A stretch of 64,000 nt of DNA from Candidatus Uhrbacteria bacterium (GTDB lineage Bacteria; Patescibacteriota; Patescibacteriia; UBA9934): assembly GCA_018673485.1 (NCBI GenBank), contig JABHCP010000012.1, positions 30,393-94,392 of the forward strand. The letters are read 5' to 3'. How positions within the stretch are numbered: the stretch's first letter is position 1; every line of letters starts with the position of its first letter. A program made the translations under genes and the position numbers. The notes below the pieces were generated by a model. That model searched no databases. It was not told the origin of the DNA and worked only from the letters and a program-made list of their open reading frames with translations. This document shows positions 35,436 through 46,380 of the stretch, piece after piece.

Positions 35436-35834
35436 TTATACCAACGTATCGGCAGAATGATCGAGTGCGTGTGGATCAATCCGAACGTATACCTTTTCAA
35501 TTATTGCGTCAGGTATGCTTTCCTCGATCAATTTTTGAAGTTCTAACCGCATTGAATTGGCTAAGTGCGCCGCGGCTGAGTGTCTGCAAACTATATTCAA
35601 AGTCCTGTGAACACACGAAAGTACTCTGAGGTCTTTACGAAATTTAGCCTCGATTATTTGATCTAAAATAAGGTTTCCTTCGCGAACAACCATAGCAGCC
35701 TTAACTTGTGACCCAATCCCATGTCTTTTCAAAGTAGCAGAAACAAGCGTTCCCATCGGAATCGCATGCTTACGAAACGCCCGATTAGCACGCTGCGGCC
35801 GCCGATACTTATATGTGGATTTGTCCCAGGTCAT
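35436..35834 (-). CDS. DUF721 (DciA-like) family protein
   Basis: C-terminal pattern VLSCVHRTLNIVCRHSAAAHLANSMRLELQKLIEE...KVYVRI resembles DUF721/DciA. Confidence 0.4.
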   Translation of the reverse strand: MTWDKSTYKYRRPQRANRAFRKHAIPMGTLVSATLKRHGIGSQVKAAMVVREGNLILDQIIEAKFRKDLRVLSCVHRTLNIVCRHSAAAHLANSMRLELQKLIEESIPDAIIEKVYVRIDPHALDHSADTLV

Positions 35835-35852
35835 AATTAGATATGGATTGAA

Positions 35853-38828
35853 TTAAAACGAGCTGTCTTCGCAGATGTCTTTGAAGTCGCAGTATTGGCA
35901 GTGGAATCCGGGGGTTGGGCTGAAGTCACTGGCTTGCATCTTCTCTACTGCTTTAATTACTTCATCGATTAGTTTTTGCTTTTCTTTATCTGTTGGTTCA
36001 AAACTCACTGAAGAGTTGTCTTCCAGATAGTGGTAGGTTGCTTTCGTGATCTTGAGTGGTGGATCGAAACACCGTTCACACGCTAGCGCATAAAGCACGA
36101 GTTGCTTGCGTTCAGGCCAGCTGAGCTTATCCTTTGGTTTTCCAGTTTTATAGTCTACGATCTCATATCCATCATCTAGCTTATCGATCCGATCGATTCT
36201 TCCCTTGGTGGAGATGTCACCAATTTTGAGGGTGAAGTCCTTTTCGATGAATGCGATCTTTGGTTTTGTTTCGGTAAGAATATGGTAGTACTCAGACATC
36301 GTGTCCTTACCCTTTTGATGATACTCAACACGTGTCTCAGCGTCAGGATACCACTCATCAATCCAAGCGCTTTCATAAAGCTCAAGTAATCGACTCTCTG
36401 GCGGAATCTCATCTAATCCTCCCTCCTTCCCACCCTTCGATTCCTCAGGGTGCCCTGAGCTTGTCGAATGGGCAAGGGGGGATAGAGGGGGGTTGCCTTC
36501 CACATACTCACGGGCGAATTGTTCGAGTGCGTTGTGCATTGTCTTACCAAAACTCATTTGATAGCGACCAAACACAGGTACGCGCAAGATGTGGGCATAT
36601 TTGTATTGTAATGGACAGCTTGAGAATGCAGCAATCTGCGTGAAGCTGATGTTGCTCGGTAGCTGATGGTCTACTGTAGCTTTCTCATCGATTGGATCGG
36701 CCTGAGGCTCAAGCGATTTGTTTTGACCAGAATCTTGCGCTTCAATCTCAAGTTCTTTAACAAACCGTGATGGTTTGCGTTTGCGGGTACCACCATAGTC
36801 GTCAGCTGAGAAAAGATAGAGATGTTCTTTGGCTCGAGTCATGGCAACATAGAGCAGTCGTCGTTCTTCCTCGATATGTTCATCACGATCTGCGTCGATT
36901 TGAGTGTTGATGAGTCCCTCTGGAATTCCGATTGGACTACTGCGACGTTGTGTTGGGAATCGTTGCTCAACCATGTTTACTAAAAAGACGAATCGAAATT
37001 CTAATCCCTTTGATGCGTGAATAGTCATTATCTGAACCACGTCAGGGCCAGCGGTTGGATCCCCTGAGAGCGCACCGGATTCGCCACTTGATCGCTCATG
37101 TTCGAATTCTTCTAAAAAGTGATGAAGAGTTTTGTCGTCATTTGAATATTCAAAGCGCTTAACGCGTTCAAAGAACTTTTGCAAAAGTCCGTTCTCTTCA
37201 ATTTGTTGTGGTTCTGGCAGTTGCTGTGCCGTGGCGATGATCCCAGTTTGTTTTACGATCTCTACAAATAATTCACTACTTGGTTTTCGTTTTGATAGAG
37301 CCCGCAGTTCTGTCAGCGCTTCGATTATCTCGGTGATTCTTTCGCGACTTGCATCAGATATATCATCGGTTTGCTCTAAAACTTCAAAAAGCGAGAGGCC
37401 CTTCTTTTTACTGTGCATTGAAAGCTTGGCAATGTCGATTTCTGAAATTCCAAGCTCTGGATGGCTTAGAATTCTGTAAATCGAAGGACTGTCATACGGG
37501 AGGTCAATTACGCGCATCCAAGCCAAGCAATCAAGTATTACCGGCTTTGTGTATAGCCCTGAGAGGGCCAGGAAGCGGTATGGCATGCGAATCTGGTCCA
37601 TGATCTCTACAAATGGCTCAGCATGCGAATTTGCGCGAACTAGAATGGCAAAGTCACTCCAATTGCACTCGTGTTCTTTTTGCAGATCAACAATTCTTGA
37701 GATTACTCCATGAAGCTCACTTTGCAGATCATCGGCATGGATATGGTCGACTTTCCCCTCTATTCCAAGGTTTGGCAACAGCTCCTTATTGATTTGCTCG
37801 CGATGTTCAAGTCTGTGTGGATTATTGTTCTGGATTACGTTATACGCGTGGTGCAATACTTTTTCTGAGCTTCTGTAGTTTTGATTGAGAACAATCTGCT
37901 TTGCGTCTGAAAAGTCTTTTGAGAAATTCAAGATATTGGAAAGTGATGCTCCGCGGAATTTGTAAATTGATTGATCGTCGTCCCCCACTACCGTGATATT
38001 GAAAGGTTCTTTAAGCAAGAGTTTGATGAGTTCGTATTGTGCAGAGTTAGTATCCTGAAATTCATCAACAAGCACGAACTTAAATTGTTCCTGATACTGC
38101 CTAGCAATCCGAGGACGCGATCGAAGAAGCTCAATCGTATAACTAACAAGATCTGCAAAATCAAGCGCACTATTTTCAAGCAAGATTTGTTGGTAGGTGT
38201 GATACGCATTAGCGAGCTCATTGATACGCGCATTTTCCTGCTCTTGTTCTTCCGGACTAATCTCATCTCCCTCCTTCCCAAGGGGGGATTCAGGGGGGTT
38301 GCCGTCATTCAAATCAAGATCCTCAGCAAATTTCAAATACTGCTCTGGCGTGATCATCTCATCTTTAATTCGTGAGAAGTGCTGCAAGAGCGCGCGGATA
38401 AACTTAGTTGGATTTGATTTTGGTTTGTAGTAATCAAGTTCAAAACGATCAAAGTTTTTCCTGATCAATAAGTAGGTATCAATCTCATCGAGAAGCGTAA
38501 ATTCATGCGGCACGCCAATATCAAGCGCATGCTGGCGCAAAATCCGCTCACAAAATGCATGAAAGGTTGAGATCCACATGTCCACGTAGCCGATTGGGAG
38601 TAATTGATCGACTCGCTCTTCCATCTCCGTTGCCGCTTTCTCTGTAAAAGTGAGTGCCAAAATCTCCTCAGGCTTCGCCTTCCCCTGCTCAATCAACCAG
38701 GCAATCCGCTGCGTTATAGCAGTAGTCTTCCCAGTCCCCGCCCCCGCAATAATCATAAGCGGCCCCCGATCATGCGTAACAGCCTCCAACTGCGCCTCAT
38801 TTAGATTTTCGAGTAGGTTTTGATTCAT
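35853..38828 (-). CDS. UvrD/PcrA-family helicase fused to a C-terminal PD-(D/E)XK Cas4/AddB-like nuclease with a 4-Cys cluster; carries two in-frame repeat-derived insertions
   Basis: Walker A IIAGAGTGKTTAI; C-terminal CPLQYKY...DRIDKLDDGYEIVDYKTGK...CQYCDFKDIC; encoded peptides GNPPLSPLAHSTSSGHPEESKGGKEGG and GNPPESPLGKEGDE come from repeat R1. Confidence 0.8.
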   Translation of the reverse strand: MNQNLLENLNEAQLEAVTHDRGPLMIIAGAGTGKTTAITQRIAWLIEQGKAKPEEILALTFTEKAATEMEERVDQLLPIGYVDMWISTFHAFCERILRQHALDIGVPHEFTLLDEIDTYLLIRKNFDRFELDYYKPKSNPTKFIRALLQHFSRIKDEMITPEQYLKFAEDLDLNDGNPPESPLGKEGDEISPEEQEQENARINELANAYHTYQQILLENSALDFADLVSYTIELLRSRPRIARQYQEQFKFVLVDEFQDTNSAQYELIKLLLKEPFNITVVGDDDQSIYKFRGASLSNILNFSKDFSDAKQIVLNQNYRSSEKVLHHAYNVIQNNNPHRLEHREQINKELLPNLGIEGKVDHIHADDLQSELHGVISRIVDLQKEHECNWSDFAILVRANSHAEPFVEIMDQIRMPYRFLALSGLYTKPVILDCLAWMRVIDLPYDSPSIYRILSHPELGISEIDIAKLSMHSKKKGLSLFEVLEQTDDISDASRERITEIIEALTELRALSKRKPSSELFVEIVKQTGIIATAQQLPEPQQIEENGLLQKFFERVKRFEYSNDDKTLHHFLEEFEHERSSGESGALSGDPTAGPDVVQIMTIHASKGLEFRFVFLVNMVEQRFPTQRRSSPIGIPEGLINTQIDADRDEHIEEERRLLYVAMTRAKEHLYLFSADDYGGTRKRKPSRFVKELEIEAQDSGQNKSLEPQADPIDEKATVDHQLPSNISFTQIAAFSSCPLQYKYAHILRVPVFGRYQMSFGKTMHNALEQFAREYVEGNPPLSPLAHSTSSGHPEESKGGKEGGLDEIPPESRLLELYESAWIDEWYPDAETRVEYHQKGKDTMSEYYHILTETKPKIAFIEKDFTLKIGDISTKGRIDRIDKLDDGYEIVDYKTGKPKDKLSWPERKQLVLYALACERCFDPPLKITKATYHYLEDNSSVSFEPTDKEKQKLIDEVIKAVEKMQASDFSPTPGFHCQYCDFKDICEDSSF
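36417..36495 (-). repeat. Repeat R1, in-frame intragenic copy (reverse orientation on the window plus strand)
   Basis: Its reverse complement is nearly identical to 17951-18030. Confidence 0.8.
38268..38304 (-). repeat. Short form of R1 (termini only), in-frame intragenic copy
   Basis: Reverse complement is ggcaacccccctgaatccccccttgggaaggaggg. Confidence 0.7.
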
Positions 38829-38838
38829 ATGCTTATAT

Positions 38839-38920
38839 CCTCCCCCTTCCCACCCATCGATATAACTCAGGGTGCCCTGAGCGGAGTCGAATGGGCAAGG
38901 GGGAGTTAGAGGGGGTTGCC
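38839..38920 (-). repeat. Repeat R1, intergenic copy that supplies the GGAGG ribosome-binding site of the helicase gene
   Basis: Minus strand reads ...gggaagggggaggatataagcat-ATG. Confidence 0.8.
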
Positions 38921-38962
38921 TTTAATCTCATTCGATCGAATTATTGGTCTCATTTTACCATA

Positions 38963-38991
38963 ATTGACAAAAGGCCTTTTTAATGATAGAT
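38963..38991 (+). promoter_or_regulatory. Sigma70-like promoter TTGACA-17bp-TAGATT for high-GC cassette A
   Basis: ttgacaaaaggcctttttaatgatagatt. Confidence 0.45.
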
Positions 38992-39057
38992 TTAATCGTC
39001 TTCCAGATACCAACTCGCCCGCAAGGGCATGGGCTTAAAGCCCGAAGGAGGCGTAAG

Positions 39058-39729
39058 ATGCCTCAGTGTACCCCCGAAGGTGCGATCGATCTCGTGGACT
39101 TTATTGGCCACACTCACAAGATGCTCGGTCTCATCGACCCAGTCGGGTTGCCCGAGACCGCCTCGCGTATCGATGACGTTGCACATATCCTGGCTGAGAA
39201 CGGCTGGGAGAATGTGACAGAGATGTTCGAGCGTGCTGTCTTGGATCCAAGTGTGCGTCCGATCGCGCATAATATCGAGATGATGAATACGCACATCGGC
39301 CACAATGGCTACAGTGGCACCTACATGCGGTTGACCAGCGGTGATGGCCGATTCCGTGTGGTGATCGCTCCAAGTGACGTATGTGGTATCGAGACCGGAC
39401 AATGGTGGCTCGCTACTGTGACCATGTACGATGTGTCGGGTCCCTCCAGGTCGGCTGCCGCGTACGCTCACTGTTTCGGCGCCCACTACTGGTACGGCCC
39501 TACACCGCATCAGGTCCGTTGCGAAGCCAATCCTGGTTGCATGGCGATGAAGCTTGAGATCTCGCCGTGGCATACCGATGTGGTCATAGGTAGTGAGGGG
39601 CTCTTCGACCGATTGCGCTCCGACAACTATGGCCGCGAGATTCGCATCATGGCCCGCTGTCTCGGCCGCAACCACTTCGCTCGCAACGGGCCGAATTTCG
39701 ACTTCCTCAGGAATATCGAGTTCGAGTAG
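39058..39729 (+). CDS. Hypothetical protein, high-GC cassette paralogue A (224 aa)
   Basis: Leader is CCCGCAAGG, hairpin (gggcttaaagccc), GAAGGAGGCG, ATG; paralogous to 39930-40577 (shared YMRLTSGDGRFRV / YLRIDSADGRIRV and PHQVRCEANPG / PHQVHCEPNPG). Confidence 0.55.
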   Translation: MPQCTPEGAIDLVDFIGHTHKMLGLIDPVGLPETASRIDDVAHILAENGWENVTEMFERAVLDPSVRPIAHNIEMMNTHIGHNGYSGTYMRLTSGDGRFRVVIAPSDVCGIETGQWWLATVTMYDVSGPSRSAAAYAHCFGAHYWYGPTPHQVRCEANPGCMAMKLEISPWHTDVVIGSEGLFDRLRSDNYGREIRIMARCLGRNHFARNGPNFDFLRNIEFE

Positions 39730-39824
39730 TGATCGCGACTCGCCCCCCCCCGTACGTCTCGAACCCCCACCTCGTGGGGGTTCTTCGTTTTCAGCAAAAA
39801 CATTGCTAATTCTGGCCAAAAGCC

Positions 39825-39853
39825 TTGACAAAAGGGCTTTTTTCTGCTATTGT
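39825..39853 (+). promoter_or_regulatory. Sigma70-like promoter TTGACA-17bp-TATTGT for cassette B (a duplicated copy of the cassette A promoter context)
   Basis: ttgacaaaagggcttttttctgctattgt. Confidence 0.45.
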
Positions 39854-39929
39854 TAGCAGTTCAAAAAGAACACCTGTGTGTGAAACTTCGCCCGTAAGGG
39901 TATGGGCCTAAAGCCCAAAGGAGGCTGTA

Positions 39930-40577
39930 ATGCCTCAGACCGAAGAAAGTCAGGAGTGCATGGGCGTGAGCGAGTTCGTCAACGCTGTTCACATCATGCT
40001 CGCTCTCCCCAAGCTCGATCTGCCTGAGGACGCCAAGAGCGTCGGTGAGATCCAGGAGGTCCTGCTGGAGAACGGCTGGATGGATATCGCGAAACGCCTC
40101 CGACTCACCGTACGTAAGCACGGTGAGTCGGAGCCCGACTACCGGGGTCCGTACCTGCGTATCGACAGCGCCGATGGGCGTATCCGCGTCACGATCAGTG
40201 ACCGGTGCCCTCGCCCGGAAACCAATGACTGGCAGAGGTGGTACGGTGATGTGATGCTGTTCGATATCTCCGACAGCCACCCGTGGCGCCATGATGACCA
40301 GATCCGCAAGTTCGGTTGTCACATGTGGCAGGACGGCCAGCACCCTCACCAGGTCCACTGCGAGCCCAACCCGGGCCAGCGGATCATGTACCTGAGCTTC
40401 TGGCCCAGTAACGTCGTGGCCGTGCCCGACCATGATGTGCAGGATCACTTCAAGTGGGCCCGCTTCCGCAGTCAGTGGGGGCTCTACATGGACCGAATTG
40501 TGAACGTTGTGGGTGAGTACTTCAACGAAGGTGACTCCTACACCGAGGCGTTCCTGAAGTGCACCTCGGTCGAGTAG
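39930..40577 (+). CDS. Hypothetical protein, high-GC cassette paralogue B (215 aa)
   Basis: Leader is CCCGTAAGG, hairpin (gggcctaaagccc), AAAGGAGGC, ATG; followed by hairpin gaacccccacctcgtgggggttc, the same hairpin found after paralogue A. Confidence 0.55.
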   Translation: MPQTEESQECMGVSEFVNAVHIMLALPKLDLPEDAKSVGEIQEVLLENGWMDIAKRLRLTVRKHGESEPDYRGPYLRIDSADGRIRVTISDRCPRPETNDWQRWYGDVMLFDISDSHPWRHDDQIRKFGCHMWQDGQHPHQVHCEPNPGQRIMYLSFWPSNVVAVPDHDVQDHFKWARFRSQWGLYMDRIVNVVGEYFNEGDSYTEAFLKCTSVE

Positions 40578-40636
40578 CTTGCCTCTGACCGATCTTATCT
40601 TGAACCCCCACCTCGTGGGGGTTCTGTGCATCCAAA

Positions 40637-40669
40637 AGAAAACAACCGCCTTGCGACGGTTGTTTTTTG
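40637..40669. terminator. Bidirectional terminator aaaacaaccgcc-ttgcga-cggttgtttttt
   Basis: Stem with A/T runs on both sides, between convergent genes. Confidence 0.6.
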
Positions 40670-40685
40670 TATCAATTAGTGAGCG

Positions 40686-42797
40686 TTACTCGCTTAGTTG
40701 GAATCTGGTTTTCATCATTGCTTTGTCAACGAAATCAGATGTTGCCATATTGTTTCCAATTGAGAATCTGGCAAAGGTTGAAGCGTCTAGGTCGATCACA
40801 TAATCTGCCCAACTAAGTCCGTAGACATTATTGGCTGTGTCCTCGTCTGGTACCCATCGTAAAACATTTCCTTCATCAATTGCGTATACCTTTGGATCTG
40901 ACTGAATTTTCACTAAGACTGATCCTGGCTGTGGAAGCATTGGGTCACCCATTTCGAGCGTAGAGAGTGTTGCATCAGTTACCCAGCTTACCTCGTCAAA
41001 TGAATCAGCGTAGGAGAAAAATGCATTCGTGTCCCAGAAAGGTCGTCGTTTTCCGTCTTCATCAACAAAGTAGATTGAGTTGAATGAGCTTGATCGGATG
41101 AATTGACCTTTAGTGATAGTTGAGATATCTTCCTCTTCCCCTGTGACTGGGGAGAACCCTTTATCACCCGTGTATTCTGCAAAGTTTGGCCCCGATGCCG
41201 AATCTTCACTTGTTGATTCTTCCGCACCGTCAGGAGAAAATACTCCCTCAAGACAATTGTCCGTTTCATCACTTTCGGTAACGGTTTCATTTGCATCAAC
41301 GCAAACCTTGATTGTAGAAGTCTCTGTGAGTCGCTGTGGTGTGATTACGAATTCGCCACCCGCGATTGTAGCTCCAGCAGTTGGTAATGTAGCTGTAGAG
41401 TAGTGCCATTCGCGTATGCCATTTATCCAAAAAGTGATATCAAATTCAGATACATTTGCACTTCCCGTGTTTGTAACCGTTGCTTTAATAAGGTCTGTAT
41501 AAGGATTGTTTCCTGGATCATCGCCAATTTCCAAGCTACTCAAGGTGAGGTTCGTGTCAGATTCTGAGCCTGTCGTTGTTTCTTCAGCTTCTGTTGCAGT
41601 TCCCTCTGTGTATTTATAAAGCCCCATGTAGCCAATTTCACCTTCTCGACATACCGCGTAAAGCTCGTCATCTGCAAATATAATAGAATAATACATTGAG
41701 CTTGGCTCTGTGAATTCTGAAGATCCTACAGTGTTCCAGTCTGATCCGTCATACATTTCGACCGTTGAGCTATATTCTGAACCCGTTCCTGTGTCTCCGT
41801 AGATTAAGAAAAGCTCATTGTCAGAATTTCTTGCAAATTGCGTGCCTGTATTTCCAGAGGTGTAGTGATTTTCAATGGAACCATTTCCAAGAGTTTCCCA
41901 TGTATCTGTTGATCTTGTGTACCGATATAGTTCCATTCCATACGCGTAAAGATCAAATCCATCCTGATTTGCCGACATGTAATAGTCGTTGAGCGTTGAC
42001 TCAAATGGCCCATAAAGTAGTGAGCTCCATCCGCTTTCACCTAGAACATATGCGCTGGTGTTGTATTCCACCGTGCAGCTGCCAGTTGTGCACTCCCCGT
42101 CTCCTGCGATATTCATGATTAGATATATTTCACCATTATCATCGATATCAAACTGCATCTCTCCAATGCTTGAGTAATACGGCCAAAGTGCATATTCCCA
42201 GCCGTCATTTTCGTTTCCATCAACATCTGTTGAGGTGTTGCCTGTATAGGCATGAATCATCGTGGACGGAGTGTCTGAGGTATGTCCTCCGTTTGCATCG
42301 TCAATATAGACAAGATAAACCGTATCATCTGGCGCTATCGCGAATTGTAGGTTTACGGGGTATTCGTCTTCTATTGCAACACCATAGCTTCCAAGGTTTC
42401 CAACATCGTCCCAAGAGCTCCCATTGTATTTTTGAACATAGACTCCCCCCTCGTGATAATAGCTAATATAAAGCTCATCACTTGAATTTACAGCGAGTTT
42501 AATATCATCATATCCGCCATCTAGATCAATATTTTGCAGTGACGTGACAGCGCCGTCTTCATATTTCTCAATACTAATCCACATATCATGAACTACATAG
42601 TCCGCAATCGATGTACCGGTTCGGTCATACTCGATAAAGGATGTGTAGATGACCCCTTCGCTGTCGGTCACGATAGATGAGTGGGTCGATGGATTGCTAG
42701 ACAGTGTTTCCATTTTTTGCCAATCTGATGTGGCATTAGCCATCCCCGGCCCTAGCACGAGGGTTAGGAGCGAAAGAAAGAATATTTTTTTCATCAT
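40686..42797 (-). CDS. Large hypothetical secreted protein (703 aa)
   Basis: MMKKIFFLSLLTLVLGPGMANA signal peptide; Asp/Tyr/Gly-rich repetitive beta-type composition. Confidence 0.55.
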   Translation of the reverse strand: MMKKIFFLSLLTLVLGPGMANATSDWQKMETLSSNPSTHSSIVTDSEGVIYTSFIEYDRTGTSIADYVVHDMWISIEKYEDGAVTSLQNIDLDGGYDDIKLAVNSSDELYISYYHEGGVYVQKYNGSSWDDVGNLGSYGVAIEDEYPVNLQFAIAPDDTVYLVYIDDANGGHTSDTPSTMIHAYTGNTSTDVDGNENDGWEYALWPYYSSIGEMQFDIDDNGEIYLIMNIAGDGECTTGSCTVEYNTSAYVLGESGWSSLLYGPFESTLNDYYMSANQDGFDLYAYGMELYRYTRSTDTWETLGNGSIENHYTSGNTGTQFARNSDNELFLIYGDTGTGSEYSSTVEMYDGSDWNTVGSSEFTEPSSMYYSIIFADDELYAVCREGEIGYMGLYKYTEGTATEAEETTTGSESDTNLTLSSLEIGDDPGNNPYTDLIKATVTNTGSANVSEFDITFWINGIREWHYSTATLPTAGATIAGGEFVITPQRLTETSTIKVCVDANETVTESDETDNCLEGVFSPDGAEESTSEDSASGPNFAEYTGDKGFSPVTGEEEDISTITKGQFIRSSSFNSIYFVDEDGKRRPFWDTNAFFSYADSFDEVSWVTDATLSTLEMGDPMLPQPGSVLVKIQSDPKVYAIDEGNVLRWVPDEDTANNVYGLSWADYVIDLDASTFARFSIGNNMATSDFVDKAMMKTRFQLSE

Positions 42798-43007
42798 ACT
42801 GTTTATTTAATTATAATAATTATTTGTTTTTTTAGAAGATCTCAGATGATCTGAGGCCTTTGCGTACAACCATCATACCAGCAATGATATTTTTTAAATA
42901 TATAGTTTTCCACAGATCATTCTAATAAAAAAAACAACCGCTGATTAATCCAGTAGATCCCTCGACGTTGCTCGGGATGACGGATTAGTTGGCGGTTGTT
43001 TTTTTGT

Positions 43008-43415
43008 TTATTCGATTTCTGCGATTGTTACTATGTTGTTCTCGTCAATCTCTGCGAGAGCCATTACAACTTTCAATCCATTGTACTTACCTTCCAAAAT
43101 TACTTTTGACTTCTCCATCTGTTCGATCTGGAACGCGTGCTCAGCCTCTATTCCAGCAAATGCTGAATGTCCGCCGTATCCTCCGCAATCCATGTGATGC
43201 ATGATAATCAGTGTATCGATTAAGTGCAGTCGTTTTGAAATGTCGATCTGTGTTGCGACGAATCCCTCGGGATCTTCTATGAGATCTTTGGTAGCTCCGG
43301 CAACAGAGATGATATCGCAATTGTTAACGATTCCATTATTTTCTAAATACTCTTCGATGGCTGACTCTAGACGAAAGTCCATGCAACGGACGAGAGCGTG
43401 TGTACATTGGCTCAT
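43008..43415 (-). CDS. Minimal beta-class carbonic anhydrase-like protein (tentative)
   Basis: CxDxR (RCMDFR) and HxxCG (HHMDCGG) zinc-ligand motifs in the expected order, but only 135 aa. Confidence 0.35.
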   Translation of the reverse strand: MSQCTHALVRCMDFRLESAIEEYLENNGIVNNCDIISVAGATKDLIEDPEGFVATQIDISKRLHLIDTLIIMHHMDCGGYGGHSAFAGIEAEHAFQIEQMEKSKVILEGKYNGLKVVMALAEIDENNIVTIAEIE

Positions 43416-43420
43416 ATGAT

Positions 43421-43510
43421 TGTTTAATTTGTTTAAATGTTTAAAGTGTTTACTTCGAAGTAAACAATTTCAACAAGTGAGGGCAGCGCCCGAACGATTA
43501 GACACTTTAA
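43421..43510. repeat. Repeat family R4, long copy
   Basis: gtttaaatgtttaaagtgtttacttcgaagtaaacaatttcaacaagtgagggcagcgcccgaacgattagacactttaaacc. Confidence 0.55.
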
Positions 43511-43944
43511 ACCTTCCTTCCTACATCGCGATACTTTCCTTTGGAAGCAACTTTGTGTCGCGCCATTTCACGTTCCAGGTGAACGAGTGCGTCGGCGTAG
43601 GCGACGTCACTTTGATCGCGCGCTTCTTCTAGTCGTTTTTGAGCAAGATCTCTTGCTTTCTCGATCTCCTCAATCGCTAGCTCGTCAGAACGCTCAGCAG
43701 TATCTGCTAGAATTATCACTTCGTTGTTAGGTCGAACCTCTATCAATCCGGTCGAAACCGCGAGCAATGATTGGTCTTTACCGTCTTTGAGCCGCATCTC
43801 ACCAGCACGTAGGAGTGAGACTAGTGGAATGTGGTTTGATAGAATTGTGATTTCTCCATTTTCTGTCATTACAGAAATCGAATCAACCGAGTCCTCAAAA
43901 ACGACACGCTCTGGAGTTACAATTTTTAGGTTTATTTTTATCAT
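43507..43944 (-). CDS. atpC: F-type ATP synthase subunit epsilon
   Basis: MIKINLKIVTPERVVFEDSVDSISVMTENGEITILSNHIPL... epsilon fold; last gene of the atp operon. Confidence 0.8.
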   Translation of the reverse strand: MIKINLKIVTPERVVFEDSVDSISVMTENGEITILSNHIPLVSLLRAGEMRLKDGKDQSLLAVSTGLIEVRPNNEVIILADTAERSDELAIEEIEKARDLAQKRLEEARDQSDVAYADALVHLEREMARHKVASKGKYRDVGRKV

Positions 43945-44088
43945 AGTGATTGCTTTGGAATGTATACGCTCAACACACACACCATCTCGAAGGCCGGAGG
44001 CCGAGAGATCCCGTTGTTTGAGCGATGTCCACAGTTATACTGCGGGATCCTTCGGTAGGACCTCAGGATGACGGCTGATGGAACAAAA

Positions 44089-45477
<1,389 letters not shown>

Positions 45478-46377
45478 TTATTCAATTGCCGCTTTACCAC
45501 TTGAGATCTCAGCGATTTCCTGAGTGATTGAAGCTTGGCGGATACGGTTGTAAGTGAAGGTTAGTTCTTTGAGCATGTCCTCTGCACTGTCGGTTGCGTT
45601 TCTCATTGCCATCATTCGTGCGGAGTGCTCGGAAGCTGCGGACTCGAGAAGTGCCTGGTAGAGCATCGTTTCAATGAGCCTTGGCAACATTCGCTCGAGC
45701 ACTCTGCTTGGACTTGGTTCAAATATGTATTCATTGGCGAGTTCGAGCTTTTCCGGTTCTTCTTTTTTATCTACCTTACCGAGCTCGTCGTCAGGTTTTC
45801 CTAGTGGCAGTAGTTCAAATACTCTAGGTTTTTGTGTCAGGCTTGATACGAAGTCCGTATAGCCAACGATCACTCGTTTGTATTCCTTTTTGTAGTACGC
45901 TTCCATTATCATGTTTCCGATCGGCAGGATGTCAGAAAATGTTGGTTTATTTGATAGATCTTCAAATCGGGCAATGACTTCTATATTGTTTCGTGAAAGC
46001 GCGTCGCCACCACGCCGCCCTACTGCAATTGCCTCGACTGTTGTACCATCGTCGATCTTTTTGATCTCTGACAATGCCTCTTTCACCATGTTGGCGTTGA
46101 ATCCACCGGCCAATCCGCGATCAGCAGTAAAGAGTATGAATAGCGTCTTGTTGGCGTCCGCGTTTTCCTCAAGCAGAGGATGCGACACATTCTCAGTTGC
46201 GCGACCAATCATGTTTATTGTGTCCCAAGAATTCTGAGAAAATGGACGTGTACCAATAACTGCCTGCGTTGCTCGACGCATTTTGCTCGCAGCAACAAGC
46301 TCCATTGCCTTTGTGATTTTCATCGTGTTAGCAATGGATTTGATTCGTCGCTTTACTGTTTTGGTAGAAGCAGCCAC
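45478..46377 (-). CDS. atpG: F-type ATP synthase subunit gamma
   Basis: 299 aa; MAASTKTVKRRIKSIANTMKITKAMELVAASKMRRA N-terminal helix. Confidence 0.85.
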   Translation of the reverse strand: MAASTKTVKRRIKSIANTMKITKAMELVAASKMRRATQAVIGTRPFSQNSWDTINMIGRATENVSHPLLEENADANKTLFILFTADRGLAGGFNANMVKEALSEIKKIDDGTTVEAIAVGRRGGDALSRNNIEVIARFEDLSNKPTFSDILPIGNMIMEAYYKKEYKRVIVGYTDFVSSLTQKPRVFELLPLGKPDDELGKVDKKEEPEKLELANEYIFEPSPSRVLERMLPRLIETMLYQALLESAASEHSARMMAMRNATDSAEDMLKELTFTYNRIRQASITQEIAEISSGKAAIE

Positions 46378-46380
46378 AGA

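Noticed and set aside
38992-40631. Long minus-strand ORFs (38992-39831 and 39861-40631) overlapping the two high-GC paralogue genes
   Set aside because: They are antisense to plus-strand genes that have promoters, a hairpin-plus-ribosome-binding-site leader, terminators and mutual paralogy. Their translations are Arg/Gly/Pro/His-rich, typical of out-of-frame reads through GC-rich DNA.
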